64,000 nucleotides of DNA. Origin: Phaeosaccion multiseriatum. Its lineage: Eukaryota > Protista > Ochrophyta, other classes. The first letter of the stretch is position 1. The number at the start of each line of letters is the position of its first letter. The stretch spans positions 2,232,001 through 2,296,000 of the forward strand of contig OZ218964.1 of the NCBI GenBank assembly GCA_965112735.1, read 5' to 3'. The position numbers and the translations under genes were made by a program. The notes beneath the pieces were generated by a model. The model was given only the letters and a program-made list of their open reading frames with translations. It was not told the origin of the DNA and ran no database searches. Below are positions 1-11,400 of the stretch, in pieces.

Positions 1-324
1 GTGAAAATGCGCTTGGGAGGGGGCCCAATTAGATGGGGGGGGGGGAGGGGGGCGAATGAGGAGTAGTGCCCCGTTTACGGAGAGCGATTCACTTACTTAG
101 TGAGTGAAGACGCTCACGTCATTCTGTTCTTGCGTGTGTGTGTGTGTTTGTGTGTGTGCATGTGTGTAAAGCCGTCTCCCTCCCTCATCTCACCCCCTCA
201 CCCTCCACTGCCATCTCTCTCCATGCTCATCCTGCTCCTCTTTGCTGCCCCTCTGCCATCCTTCCGCCCACCCATCCACTGCCATCCTTCCGCCCACCCA
301 TCCACTGCCATCCTTCCGCCCCAG

Positions 325-3300
325 ATCCTGAAGGTGCATGGGTCCTCTGTACAAGAGGGCCCCTCTTTGCCCTGCGCGTCTGCCGTGCCCGTGCGTGTGC
401 TCGTGTGCTGCCCCTCCGACGCGGCGGCCGATCTCGTGGTGTCTCGCCTTGCCCCTCATCTCACCCCCTCCGTCATGCTCAGGCTCAACTGGTGGCAGAG
501 GCCGGTCGGCTCTATGCGTAAGTGCACTCCCTCCTTCGTGTGGTGTTGGCAGCGTGTGGTGTTTTTAAATGTCGAGTGTCAGTCAGTGGCTGATGTCAAT
601 CAGAGTCTAATGTCGGTCAGGGCCTTGTGTCTTTAGTCAGATGGCAGCACACGGTGTCAGGCAGGCAGGAGTCAGTCAGTCAGTCCGCTAAGAACACCGT
701 TGGTACTGGCCCCTCTCCCCGTCTTCCCCCCCCCCCCCCCTTGTCAGCCCCTGCCCTGCTGAAGTACAGCGTCATTGACGAGCTTCGCTCTCTCTTCATG
801 CCCCCCTCCAAGGCCCAGATACAAGCCGCCCAGGTAGGGAGTAGGCTGCCATTGGATGGGGGTAGGTAGGGGAGGAGGATGGCAGTGGATGGATGGGTCG
901 GTCGAAGATTGAAGATTGCGGTCGTTGGCACTCCGGGATGGCAGTGGATGGACGAGTGGGTCGGGGAATGACAGCGGATGGCAGTGAAGAGGGAAGAAAG
1001 AAAAGGGACTAGCGGTGACGTAGGCACCCTTCAAGGGAAGCACCGAAGCTCTCGCCCCCTCGCCTGCCTGTGCACCCCCTGTATCACCAACTGCTCGGCC
1101 CTTCGCCTGCCTCTACCCTCCCTCTCTTGCCATGGCCATCACACCCTCCCTCAAATCCTCCGTCCACTGCCATCCACTGCCATCCCTCTCCTCTCCTCAG
1201 GTGGTTGTGAGCACTTGCGGCGGAAGCGGCGTGCTCCTCCCCTGGTGCCCCTCCCCCCCCTCCTCTTCCTCCTCTTCCTCCTCCTCCCCCCCCTGCGACG
1301 CCCTCTTCTCTCACGTGATAGTGGACGAGTCGTCCCAGGCCCTAGAGCCGGAGCTCCTTGTGCCCCTTGCACTCGCGGGACCGAACACGCACATCATGCT
1401 CGCAGGTAGGGGGCGCGAGAGGGGAGGGGGGAGGAGGGAGGAGGGAGGAGAAGGGTGCAGGGTGGGGAAGGGTGAAGCGTGCTCCTTTCGATACACACGA
1501 TACAGGGGGGGGGGGCGTGAGGGGAGTATGCGGGTGCAGCTTCCTTCCTTCCTTCCTTCCTCCCTCCCTCCCTCCCTTCCTTCCTTCCTTCCTTCCTTCC
1601 TTTCCTTCTTCCTTCTTCCCTTCCTTCCTCCCTCTCTTCATTCCTCCCTTCCTTCCTTCCTTCCTTCCTCTCTCTTCGCCTGTAGCTACCGTACTCCATG
1701 AGAGGTGCACACTCCTCCCATGCCCTCCCGAGGCCTCTATGAGCAGCTGATGACCCATATGCCTCTCTAAGCAGCTGGTCGATCACCCCGTAATCCTCTG
1801 ATGCCGCCCCCTCCCATCTGCTGCCATCTGAACTTTCTTCACTTCTCAGGTGACCCGAAGCAGCTCGGAGCCGACGTGCGCTGCCGAGCGGCACACCACA
1901 TGGGCCTTGCAGTGAGCCTGCAGGTGAGACAGACTGTCAGTCAGCCAATCTGTCAGTCAGTCAGTCAGTCAGTCAGTCAGTCAGTCAGTCAGTCAGTGAG
2001 TGAGTGAGTGAGTGAGTGAGTGAGTGAGAGAGTGCGGAAGTGCGCGCGTGAAGGGGTGAGTGTGTGAGTGTGTGCGTCGATGCGAATGTGCATCGCATTG
2101 TCGTTACGCGCTTTCCTCTCTTCTCCTTTTCCTTTCCTTCTCCCTCTCCCCTGACACCTCTTCCCCTCCTCCCCTCCCTGGCTTGCCCTGCCCTGCCCAT
2201 ATGCCTCTACCCGGCCCTCGCACGTTGATTGACTTAAAGGAGCGCCTCATGTCCAATCCCATCTACGGCGTCGCCAGCCTGCTGCCCTGCAAAACCAAGT
2301 GAGTGTCAGGACAATGAGTAGTGAGGACATTGAGCAGTATGCCGTACGGAATGCACAGTGGAATCTTCCTTCCTTCCTTCCTTCCTTCCTTCCTTCCTTC
2401 CTTCCTGCCTGCCTTCCTTCCTTCCTCTCTCGTACCTCCATCCCTCTCTCCCCCGCCCCCTTCCTCCCTCCCTCCCTCCCTCTCTCCCTCCCTCCCTCCC
2501 CCCCTCCCTCTCCCTTCTTCCCTCCCTCCCTCCCTCCCTCCCTTCCTCCCTGGCTCTTCGCCCCGACGCGGTCAGCACAACTTGAAAGTAACAGAGGATG
2601 GCAGTGGATGCCGGTTGTCTCTCCACCCCTACTCCTGACCCTCTCCCTGCCCCCCCCCCCCCCTGTCACTCACCCCACCAGCCTGACTCAGAACTACCGC
2701 TCGCACAAGGCGCTTCTTGAGCTCCCCTCGCGTCTGTTCTACGCCAGCGCCTTGGAGGAGTGCGGAGAGAGGGACGTCATTGACAGCATGCTCAAGTGAG
2801 TGGGCATGAGTGGGTATCGATAGAGTGGGCATGAGTGGGTATCGATAGAGTGGGCATGAGTGGGTATCGAAAGAGTGGGCATGAGTGGGTATCGAAAGAG
2901 TGGGCATGAGTGGGTATCGATAGAGTGGGCATGAGTGGGTATCGATAGAGTGGGCATGAGTGGGTATCGATAGAGTGGGCATGAGTGGGTATAGAGCGGG
3001 CATGAGTGGGTATCGATAGAGTGGGCATGAGTGGGTATCGATAGAGTGGGCATGAGTGGGTATCGATAGAGTGGGCATGAGTGGGTATGGATAGAGTGGG
3101 CATGAGTGGGTATGGATAGAGTGGGCATGAGTGGGTATCGATAGAGTGGGCATGAGTGGGTATCGATAGAGTGGGCATGAGTGGGTATCGATAGAGTGGG
3201 CATGAGTGGGTATCGATAGAGTGGGCATGAGTGGGTATCGATAGAGTGGGCATGAGTGGGTATCGAAAGGGTGGGCATGAGTGGGCATGGGAGGGTCTGC

Positions 3301-5780
3301 TTCTCTCCTCATCCTCTACTCTCCCCCCCCCCTGACTCATACTCGACGGAGATCCTCGTCCTTTCCCCTTCCAAAGAAACAACGTTCTATCCCCTCCCCC
3401 CCTCCCTCGTATGCCTCCAACGCACCCCCACACCCCCCTACTCAGGTGGGAGATGCTCGCCTCCCCTGCCCGCAGAGTCAGGCCTTTCCCCCTGCTGTTC
3501 CACGGCGTGCGGGGGTCTGACCGGCACGAGCTTGACTCCTCCTCCTTCTTCAACCCCATTGAGGCAGCACAAGTCGTGAACATTGTGGAGGACTTGCTTA
3601 GCAGCGACAGGGTCCAAGTCGGCACAGGTCACTGGCAGGGGTGTAGAGAGGGGGGGGTGGGGTGGACATGTAGTAGAGAGAAGGTTAAGTGTCGACAATC
3701 TATGTCGAGGCTCGATATCTCCCGTCGAGGGAGGGAGGGAGTTCGATTGTCAAGAGTGTGAGTCTTTTCCATCTAACGCTCCTTCACCCTATGCGTGTGT
3801 GTGCGTGCGTGCGTGTGTTCGTGCGTGTGTGTGCGTGTGTGACTGTGTGTGTGCGTGTGTGTGTGCGTGTGTATACATACTTCAGGAGACATCGGTGTGA
3901 TCTGCGCCTTCCGGAAGCAGGCGAGTGGTACAACTGAGTACGAGTGTTGAGTCGTCAGGAAGGGCACTGAGGAGGAGCAGCAGGGACAGGGAGAGAGGGA
4001 GAGTGGCAGGACGGGTGATGAGGGGGAGCAGCAGGGACAGGCAGAGAGGGAGAGTGGCAGGACGGGTGCTGAGGAGGAGCAGCAGGGACAGGCAGAGAGG
4101 GAGAGTGGCAGGACGGGTGATGAGGAGGAGCAGCAGGGACAGGCAGAGAGGGAGAGTGGCAGGACGGGTGCTGAGGAGGAGCAGCAGGGACAGGGAGAGA
4201 GGGATAGAATGGGTGCTGAGGAGGAGCAGCAGGGACAGGCAGAGAGGGAGAGTGGCAGGACGGGTGCTGAGGAGGAGCAACAGGGACAGGGAGAGAGGGA
4301 TAGAATGGGTGCTTAGGAGGAGCAGCAGGGACAGGCAGAGAGGGAGAGTGGCAGGACGGGTGCTGAGGAGGAGCAACAGGGACAGGGAGAGAGGGCGGTC
4401 CTTGAGACCGACAAGTAGTGCCTCATCGAGAGGAAGGAAGGAGTTGAACGAGGAGGAGCGAAGGACGTGTACATGTTGATTGAAGGGCTCGCGAAGCTCT
4501 GCGATGGCAGCTGATGGTCCAGCCGCGCTCCCGAAAGTATTGTGATCGGCTCAGGGTGACGTTGGCTGGCCTCTATCCTCATCCTCCTCCCCCCCCCCCC
4601 CTCCCATCCACTGCCATCCCCCCCTCCAGGTGATCAAGCTGCGAAGCGCTCTTCGGCTGAGGAACTTGGGCAGCATCGACGTCGGACAGGTGCGAGGCAT
4701 GACATCACAGTACCGGGTGTCAGCTGTCGGGTGTCGGATGTCTGTTATCTGCCTGTGTGTCTCTCCGTCTCTCTATCCCTCTGATCTTCGTCTCCAATGA
4801 CCCCCTCCTCCTCCCCCCCCCTCCTCTCCATCTCTCTCTTGGTCTCCTTCTCCTTCTCTCCGTCTGTCTGTCTCTCTCTCTCTCCATCTGCCAACCCTCC
4901 CTCCCTCCCTCCCTGTGCAGGTGGAGGACTTCCAAGGCCGAGAGGCGCGCATCATCATCATCTCCACAGTCCTCAGCAGAGACCACCGCCTCGACAAGGT
5001 CCGTAAGCTCTTATCACAAGCCTGTCTGAGAGTTCCCTCTCCCTCTCCCCCCCCCTTTTTTCTATCTCCCTCTCTGTCCCTCTCTCTTCTCCTGCCCCCC
5101 CCCTCTTCTGTCTCTCTCTCCCTGTCCGTCTCTCTCGCTCTCTCTCCGCCTGCTCTCTCCATCTCCCCCTTCCTCTCTCCCTCTCTGTCTTTCTCTCTCG
5201 CTTGCGGTCTCTTCTCTTTCTTGCTCTCTCTCGTTCACATTTCCTCACCACCCACCCGCCCACCAACCCCCACACACAACACGACATTACATCGAAGGGC
5301 TCGAGTTTCCTGGAGGACCCCAAGAAGTTCAACGTGGCCCTGACCCGAGCAAGGGCCCTGTGCATCGTGCTGGGCAGCCCCTCCCTGCTCTCTCGCATGC
5401 CCTACTGGAGGGACGTGCTCGCCTTCACCGTGCGGAACAGGGCCTATCGGGGCTGCGCGGTCGAGGCGCTGGGCCTTAGATGCAGCGTCGGTGTTGGCGC
5501 TGCTGTATCACCAACTGCTGGGGCTGGTGCTGCTGCTACTGCTGCTGGTGATGCGGGCGAGGCGGAGGAGGAGGGGGCCGAAGAGGAGGAGGCGGAGGAG
5601 GAGCAGGAGGAGGAGGAAGGGGACTACTACAGCGAGTATCGTGACGGAGACGACTTGGTGGAGAACCACTTGCTGCTGGAGAGCTCGCTGCTCGGGGGCG
5701 GTCAGATAGACCACATATACCCCACGGAGCTCAGCAGCAGTTTCTTCTCAGACGATCAGGGCTGGCGGGTCATGCTCTAA
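325..5780 (+). CDS. MOV10/SDE3/Armitage-like UPF1-family (SF1) RNA helicase, 3' part, multi-exon, 5' end outside window
   Basis: Spliced exons 325-517, 748-833, 1201-1405, 1850-1923, 2240-2298, 2682-2795, 3446-3627, 3886-3920, 4630-4689, 4921-4998, 5298-5780 give SF1 motifs in order: RVLVCCPSDAAAD, FSHVIVDESSQALEPE, LAGDPKQLG, SLQERLM, LTQNYRSH, FHGVRGSDRHELDSSSFFNPIEA, DIGVICAFRKQV, VEDFQGRE, FNVALTRARAL. The FHGVxGxD..E..SxFN segment is MOV10/SDE3-like. Confidence 0.85.
2796..3290. repeat. 25-bp intronic minisatellite (GAGTGGGCATGAGTGGGTATCGATA), about 20 copies
   Basis: Directly visible tandem array that starts at the splice donor of a helicase intron. Confidence 0.95.
3966..4395. repeat. 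51-bp (variant 45-bp) intronic minisatellite, about 8 copies
   Basis: Unit GCTGAGGAGGAGCAGCAGGGACAGGCAGAGAGGGAGAGTGGCAGGACGGGT repeated inside intron 3921-4629. Confidence 0.9.
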
Positions 5781-6002
5781 TAAGCTCAGCAGATTGTGGG
5801 CAAATTGGGTGCTTTGCACATTCGGGTGAATACAAGCAATACCATATCCATTGCAAGCCGCGTCGGGCTCGAGCGAAGGCAGGGGCTTCGAGCTCGATCT
5901 GGACAGGTGAGGTGGGCGACGAGCGCAGCAGAGGAGCAAGGCCTCCAAGACCTCCAGAGAGAGAGAGGGAGCGCTCTGCTGGTTTGCGCTTGATTGTTGG
6001 TG

Positions 6003-6043
<41 letters not shown>

Positions 6044-6732
6044 CTTTCTTGCTTGCCTGGTAGAGTCGCTGCGCTTCGTGAGAAGAGAAAGGAGAGCAAA
6101 AGCGAGCGACAAAGAGAGAGACAGAGAGAGAGCAAAGAGAAAGCAGAGAGCGCAAGAGAGAGAGGGTCGTTTGAATCGCTCGACCCGCCCCCAGCACGCT
6201 TGACCTGATCCCCTTTCCTCTGCTCGCTACCCATATGCCCCTCCCCCCATCTACTGCCATCCCGCCTCAGCATCCTTCTCGACGGAGAGAAGGAGGACGC
6301 CTTCTGGGACGGCTTGGCGGTGGAGGGCTTGGCGGTGGAGGCACAGGTTTCCGAGGCTGCACGGATGCACATCTGGAGCACTCACAGCAGTGTCAGCCCT
6401 CAGAGACGAGCAGCGCTGCTGCCCCTCTCATGGCCGCTTCCCACGCAGTTTCTTCTGCTGCATCATCCCCCCGGGAGAGCTCTGCTGCGTCCCCCCGGGG
6501 CCTGCAGCGGCCTCAGCTTTCTCCTCCGCCGCCGGGTATCAGTTTCCCTATCGGGCCCAGGGGGGCACCCGCAGCGGTACCCCCCCCCCCCCCCGGGGGC
6601 GCAGTAGTCAATCGCCATTCGCCTGTCGATAGTCGTGGCTTGGCGGCCCCAGGGGTGGAGGGCGGCGGCGAGGAGTGGGAGAGAACATGCAGTGAATCCT
6701 CACAACCCCTCCCCATCGGAGGCATAACGTAA

Positions 6733-6861
6733 CGGGTATTACCCACGTATACTCTCTGCTACCAGGCGTTACGGGCGTTGCGGGCTTTACCCATCTATAC
6801 TCTCTGCTACCAGGTAGTATAACATATCGGGTATTACCCATCTATGCTCTCTGCTTTCAGG
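6733..6861. repeat. Three 34-bp direct repeats separated by unique 14- and 13-bp spacers
   Basis: Consensus CGGGTATTACCCATCTATACTCTCTGCTACCAGG at 6733-6766, 6781-6814 and 6828-6861; internal dyad GGGTA-T-TACCC in copies 1 and 3. Confidence 0.8.
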
Positions 6862-7279
6862 CAGAACATAACGTTGCAGTCAGATAAGCTGCTGAGGGAG
6901 ACTTCTAGGTATAGGGAGAAGGGACGCCAAGTTCTGTGGTAAAGAGTGAGTGATATTCTTTTATCGCCTGATGAGGGTTTCCGTCCTGATATCACTCCAC
7001 AACTCCTTGACCAACAACAGCTGGCTCCTCCCGCTCCTGCTGTGGATCACCAACGCGCCCCCTCCGAACCACCCGTCGCTCCCGCCCCTGAGCCGCAGCG
7101 TCGTACCTCACAGCGCCTCTTCTTCCCGTCTCTCAAGCCTCACACGCTGCTCCTCGGCAACTTCTCTGTGATCGTCTGGAGGCCTCGGCAGAGGAGGATG
7201 TGGACGACGAACAGGAGGAGCAGCCGGGATGTCCTCCTCATCACCCGTGTACAGCCAAACACGGTTCCCATGCACCCAT

Positions 7280-7319
7280 AAGTCGTACTTTTGCTAGACT
7301 GATACCTCCCGGTCTGAAT
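7280..7319 (+). mobile_element. Truncated copy of the terminal inverted repeat of the 14399-14487 element
   Basis: AAGTCGTACTTTTGCTAGACTGATACCTCCCGGTCTGAAT matches 14405-14444 at 37 of 40 positions but lacks the outermost TGTTAG. It lies about 200 bp beyond the 3' end of the integrase relic. Confidence 0.7.
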
Positions 7320-7515
7320 CCCTCAAACGCTGAACAACACGATTGGGACAAAACCATCGCAGAGGATCAAGCTTGGCCTTGCGGCAAGGACGCTGGCGGT
7401 ACCGGTGCACCCACACCCTCTCTCCATTCTCTTCACCACAACCAAACTCCGGTACCTTTCCCTGGCGCCATCAGTTGTGGATATCTGCCAGCTGAGGCAG
7501 AGTGTGCGCTACCAT

Positions 7516-8331
7516 CTACTGAATCTCGCTGACTCTGTCTGTCAAGTCTTCCACAACGTGACTCACGTCCACCCGGCGCGAAGGCAACCTCAACCCCCTG
7601 CCCAGCATGCACTCAAGCGGGAGAAGAGGCTCCTGACCATTCAACAAGGCTAACGGGGCCATGCCCAGGAGCCGCGTCGGGCTCCAGCGAAAGCAGAAGA
7701 GCGCCTGAGGCAAAACCACTTGTCATCACGCTGGTGCTCTGCAGCGAAGGAGGAAAGGAAGCGCACCAAAGTACCATTCGCCCGCTCCGTCAGACCGTTA
7801 CTCTCCGAATAGTATGGGGTTGTGAAGCGTTTGTCGATATTCAGCTGTTGAGTGACGACTCCGAGGAGACGGCTCCGAAACTCCGGCCCGCTGTCCGCGA
7901 GCAAAACACGAGGACAGCCATGACGCGGGAGTATCTCCCTTACCAGAAGCTCCGCAATCACCTCCGCTGTGTGCTGCTTCACTGCAAAGGCCTCCAGCCA
8001 CCGTTTCACTTTCCCTGACCACCATACACTTGTTGCCTTCGCTCCTCCGTGAGCGAGAGGTCCACCACGTCTACCCCCTCATCCCGAATCTCAACATCCC
8101 CTCCGTCGGTGAGGATACCCACAGCCTGGTGCAACCGCTTCCGACGGCAACGATGACATTGAGCTCACTACCTTTGGCAATCGGCCGCCTTCGGAGCTGC
8201 TGGGGCACCACCGTTTGGTCATCAGTCCTCACATGCCGACGCTGCTGAAGGCGAAGAGCTGAGTGAAACAAGGTTCCATCCACCACGTAGTAGCCCGCTC
8301 CTTTCGCCTTCACAAGCTCGATTCGCTCCAC
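7516..8331 (-). pseudogene. Degenerate Gypsy/Ginger-type DDE integrase (rve) relic
   Basis: Three fragments read in different frames: YYVVDGTLFH...DQTVVPQQLRRR (pre-zinc-finger region); RWLEAFAVKQHTAEVIAELL...RHGCPRVLLADSGPEF...TTPYYSESNGLTERANGTL (core with second D and E); and, after a frameshift, LPQALFCFRWSP...GMAPLALLNGQEPLLPLE. The HHCC finger and first catalytic D are not recognisable. Confidence 0.85.
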
Positions 8332-8467
8332 CTACGTGAGGCCCTGCGGAGCACTCTATCCTTCTCCCACAGCTGCAGAAAGCGCAGCATTCGACTGCAC
8401 CATGCATCGGCCCTCTGAGCTGTCTTTACCTCCTCCACCACGAAATACAAGAAGAGATACTACTCAG

Positions 8468-11400
8468 ATGTCTAGCGTCCTCCAAGAGCAGCGTATTATA
8501 CTCAAAGCCCTCTTTGACGCCACGAGCGGATCCGCTTGGTCTAACAAGGTTGGATGGAACACTTTTTGGGAGTATTGGTTCGGATTGAGCCTGGAAAATG
8601 ACTTTGTGGTGAAGATTGACCTCACAAACAACGGCCTCAGAGGTGAGAGAGGTGTGCTTATGGTTGTTGCGCCCTACGTTCTGAAGAGTATTTAACATAC
8701 AAGTACTCGAAGTCTTTCCAGAGTGTTCGAAGAAAATTGTGAGGGAGCGGCATGACGCGTTCGCGTCCCTTTTACTTGATATTAGTATGACGAAAGAACT
8801 TCCCTCCGCTCCGCAGGGAGCATTCCGCCGCAGCTTGGACAGCTTTCGAACCTTCGAAAGCTTTGGCTCCCAGAGAACGATCTAGAAGGTAATTCCCTTC
8901 CCCTTTCCCCTTTCCCTTCATATCAGTATGACCAGAGAACTCACTCCGCTTCGCAGGGAACATTCCACCAGAGCTTGGGCGTCTGCACAACCTGGCCGTG
9001 CTGAACCTGGAGTCCAACAACCTCAGCGGTGAGTGGTACGCACACCCGTTCGCATCCCTTTCACTTGATAGTCGTATGAAAAAGACCTTCCCTGCGCTCC
9101 GCAGGGAGCATTCCAAGGGAGCTTGGAAGTCTGGAGAAGCTTGAGGATTTGGACCTTTCCAACAACGAGCTCACTGGTGAGTGGTACGCGTACCCCTTCG
9201 CGTCCCTTTCACTTGATATGAGTATGATCAAAGAACTTCCCCCCGCTCTGCAGGGATCATTCCACCCGAGCTTGGAAGTCTTCAGAACCTTGAGAGACTA
9301 CGCCTCGGCCGTAATAAACTCACTGGTGAGTGGTACGCGAACCCGTTCGCGTCCCTTTGACACGTTTGTGTCTAACCCAACATCTCCCCTCCTCCCTTAG
9401 GGCCCTTTCCCGCTGCCCTCATCGGGCGATTGCAAATCAGGTTCGCGGATTACAGTTTCCGTGGTAACAGCCTCAGTCTCCCAGAAGACATCAACACCCA
9501 GACCGATCTGACCAAGCTCAATTTGTCGTTTCACACCCTTGTAGGTAGGTGGTACGCACACCCGTTCGCGTCCCTTTCACTTGATATTAGTGTGGCTGAA
9601 GAACTTTCCCCACATCTCAGGAAACATTCCGCCGCAACTTGGAGAGCTTTCGAACCTTCGAGAACTTCAGCTCAACAAGAACAGTCTAGAAGGTAGTGGG
9701 TACGCACACCCGTTCGCGTCCCTTTCACTTGATGTTAGTGTGACCAAAGAACTTTCCTCCCATCCGCAGGGAACATTCCACCCGAGCTTGGAGGGCTTCA
9801 GAACCTTGAGAATCTACACCTCCACAGCAACAAGCTCACTGGTAAGTGGTACGCACACCCGTTCGCATCCCCTTGACCTGATATTAGTATGGCTGAAGAA
9901 CTATCCCACATCTCAGGGAACATTCCGCCGCAACTTGGACAGCTTTCGAACCTTCGAGAACTTCACCTCTTCTACAACAAGCTCACTGGTAAGTGGTACG
10001 CACACCCGTTCGCGTCCCTTTCACTTGATGTTAGTGTGACCAAAGAACTTTCCCCACATCTCAGGGAACATTCCGCCGCAACTTGGAGAGCTTTCGAACC
10101 TTCGAGAACTTCACCTCTCCAACAACAAGCTCACTGGTAAGTGGTATATATATATATATATATATATCCCCTTGACCTGATATTAGTTATGGCTGAAGAA
10201 CTTTCCCCACATCTCAGGGAGCATTCCGCCGCAATTTGGAGACCTTTCGCACCTTCGAGAACTTTGGCTCAGCGGGAACAATCTAGAAGGTAGGTGGTAC
10301 GTGTGCCCGTTCGCGTGTACCCGTTCGCGTCGCTTTAATCTGATATTAGTGTGATAAAAGAGCTTTGTCTTGCTTCGCAGGGCCCATTCCCAATGAGTTG
10401 GGGCAGCTGACCAACTTGATGCAGCTGGACCTCTCCAACAACGACCTCAGTGGTAAGTGCCCGTTTAGGTGCTTTCAAATTGCTGACAAGCGTGTGTGAG
10501 TAAAGATGCTGCATCGCTCTGGACCTCCCCCAACAAGTTTCAAGGCCAGCTCCGTGGCACAAAGTGACGCGTCTGTTGACAAGCTACTTCCGCTCGTTCT
10601 TTTTTGATCTAAGCATCGTCCTCGCTCCTCTCTTCCTACCATGTTATAGGCTTTCCCGCCGAAGTGGCTGAGGGACTGTCTGAGCCCGAAGTCTCTTTGG
10701 CTGGGTACCCCTGGGTGCATCCTCCTGCGGCTTATGTTTGCTTGGGCCTTGGAGCGATACGGGCCTACTTCCGGGATATTGCAGCTGGGAGCTCCCGCTC
10801 GCCTTTCTTGAAATTGGTTCTGCTTGGCCAACCGCTCGCTGGAAAGACCCTGACGGTGAAGCGCCTAATAGGGGAGACAGTCGAGGAGCTGTCCCAAGAA
10901 GGAGACCATCATTGCCCGCGAACGGTGGGAATCAACATGATACCATCTTGGACGCCAGATTGCGGATATCCCTTGGACGTGACAATCTTGGACTTTGCGG
11001 GACAGGAGGACTACTTTCCTTTCCACCAGCTGTTCCTGACGTCACAGGCGTTGTACTTGCTTGTGGTAAACTTGCACGCGTTCAGTCAAGATTCGCCCGG
11101 CTTCAGTGAGTATGACCACATGTATAGGTGGTTAGACGCACTGGATTTCAGAGCACCCGACAGTACCATTATTGTGGTGGGGTCTCATCTTGACCTCTTG
11201 GAGGCAGAAAAGGCAAGGGAAGTCTTGTGTACGGTTGTGGACCGCATTCAAAGTCACCTGGAGAAGTGCGGCCATCGTCCCTCTCCGAGTGAGAACCGCG
11301 ACCCCACTGGCTCTTCTGGAAGTGGCGCACGTTCGTTGCGCGTAGCGGGCAAGTGTGCAGTGAGCACTGTAAGCGGTATCGGCTTCGAGGCCTTGAGACA

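Noticed and set aside
6948-6997. Hammerhead ribozyme-like core (CTGATGAG...GATA closed by GAGTGATAT/ATATCACTC)
   Set aside because: GAAA is replaced by GATA and no stem I can form; at most a hairpin or a decayed copy.
9029-10064. RAG RSS-like signals (CACAC...GTGTG) in the conserved introns
   Set aside because: Only a 5-nt inverted match, not present in all introns, and no heptamer/nonamer spacing.
8757-10452. CRISPR array interpretation of the constant/variable periodic pattern
   Set aside because: The constant parts are GT-AG introns and the variable parts are mutually homologous LRR exons. There are no cas genes and the context is eukaryotic.
8817-10452. DGR-like adenine mutagenesis (many hypervariable codons are NNC, as from AAC)
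   Set aside because: No reverse transcriptase or template repeat is in the window, several variable codons do not end in C, and GC3 bias explains the pattern.
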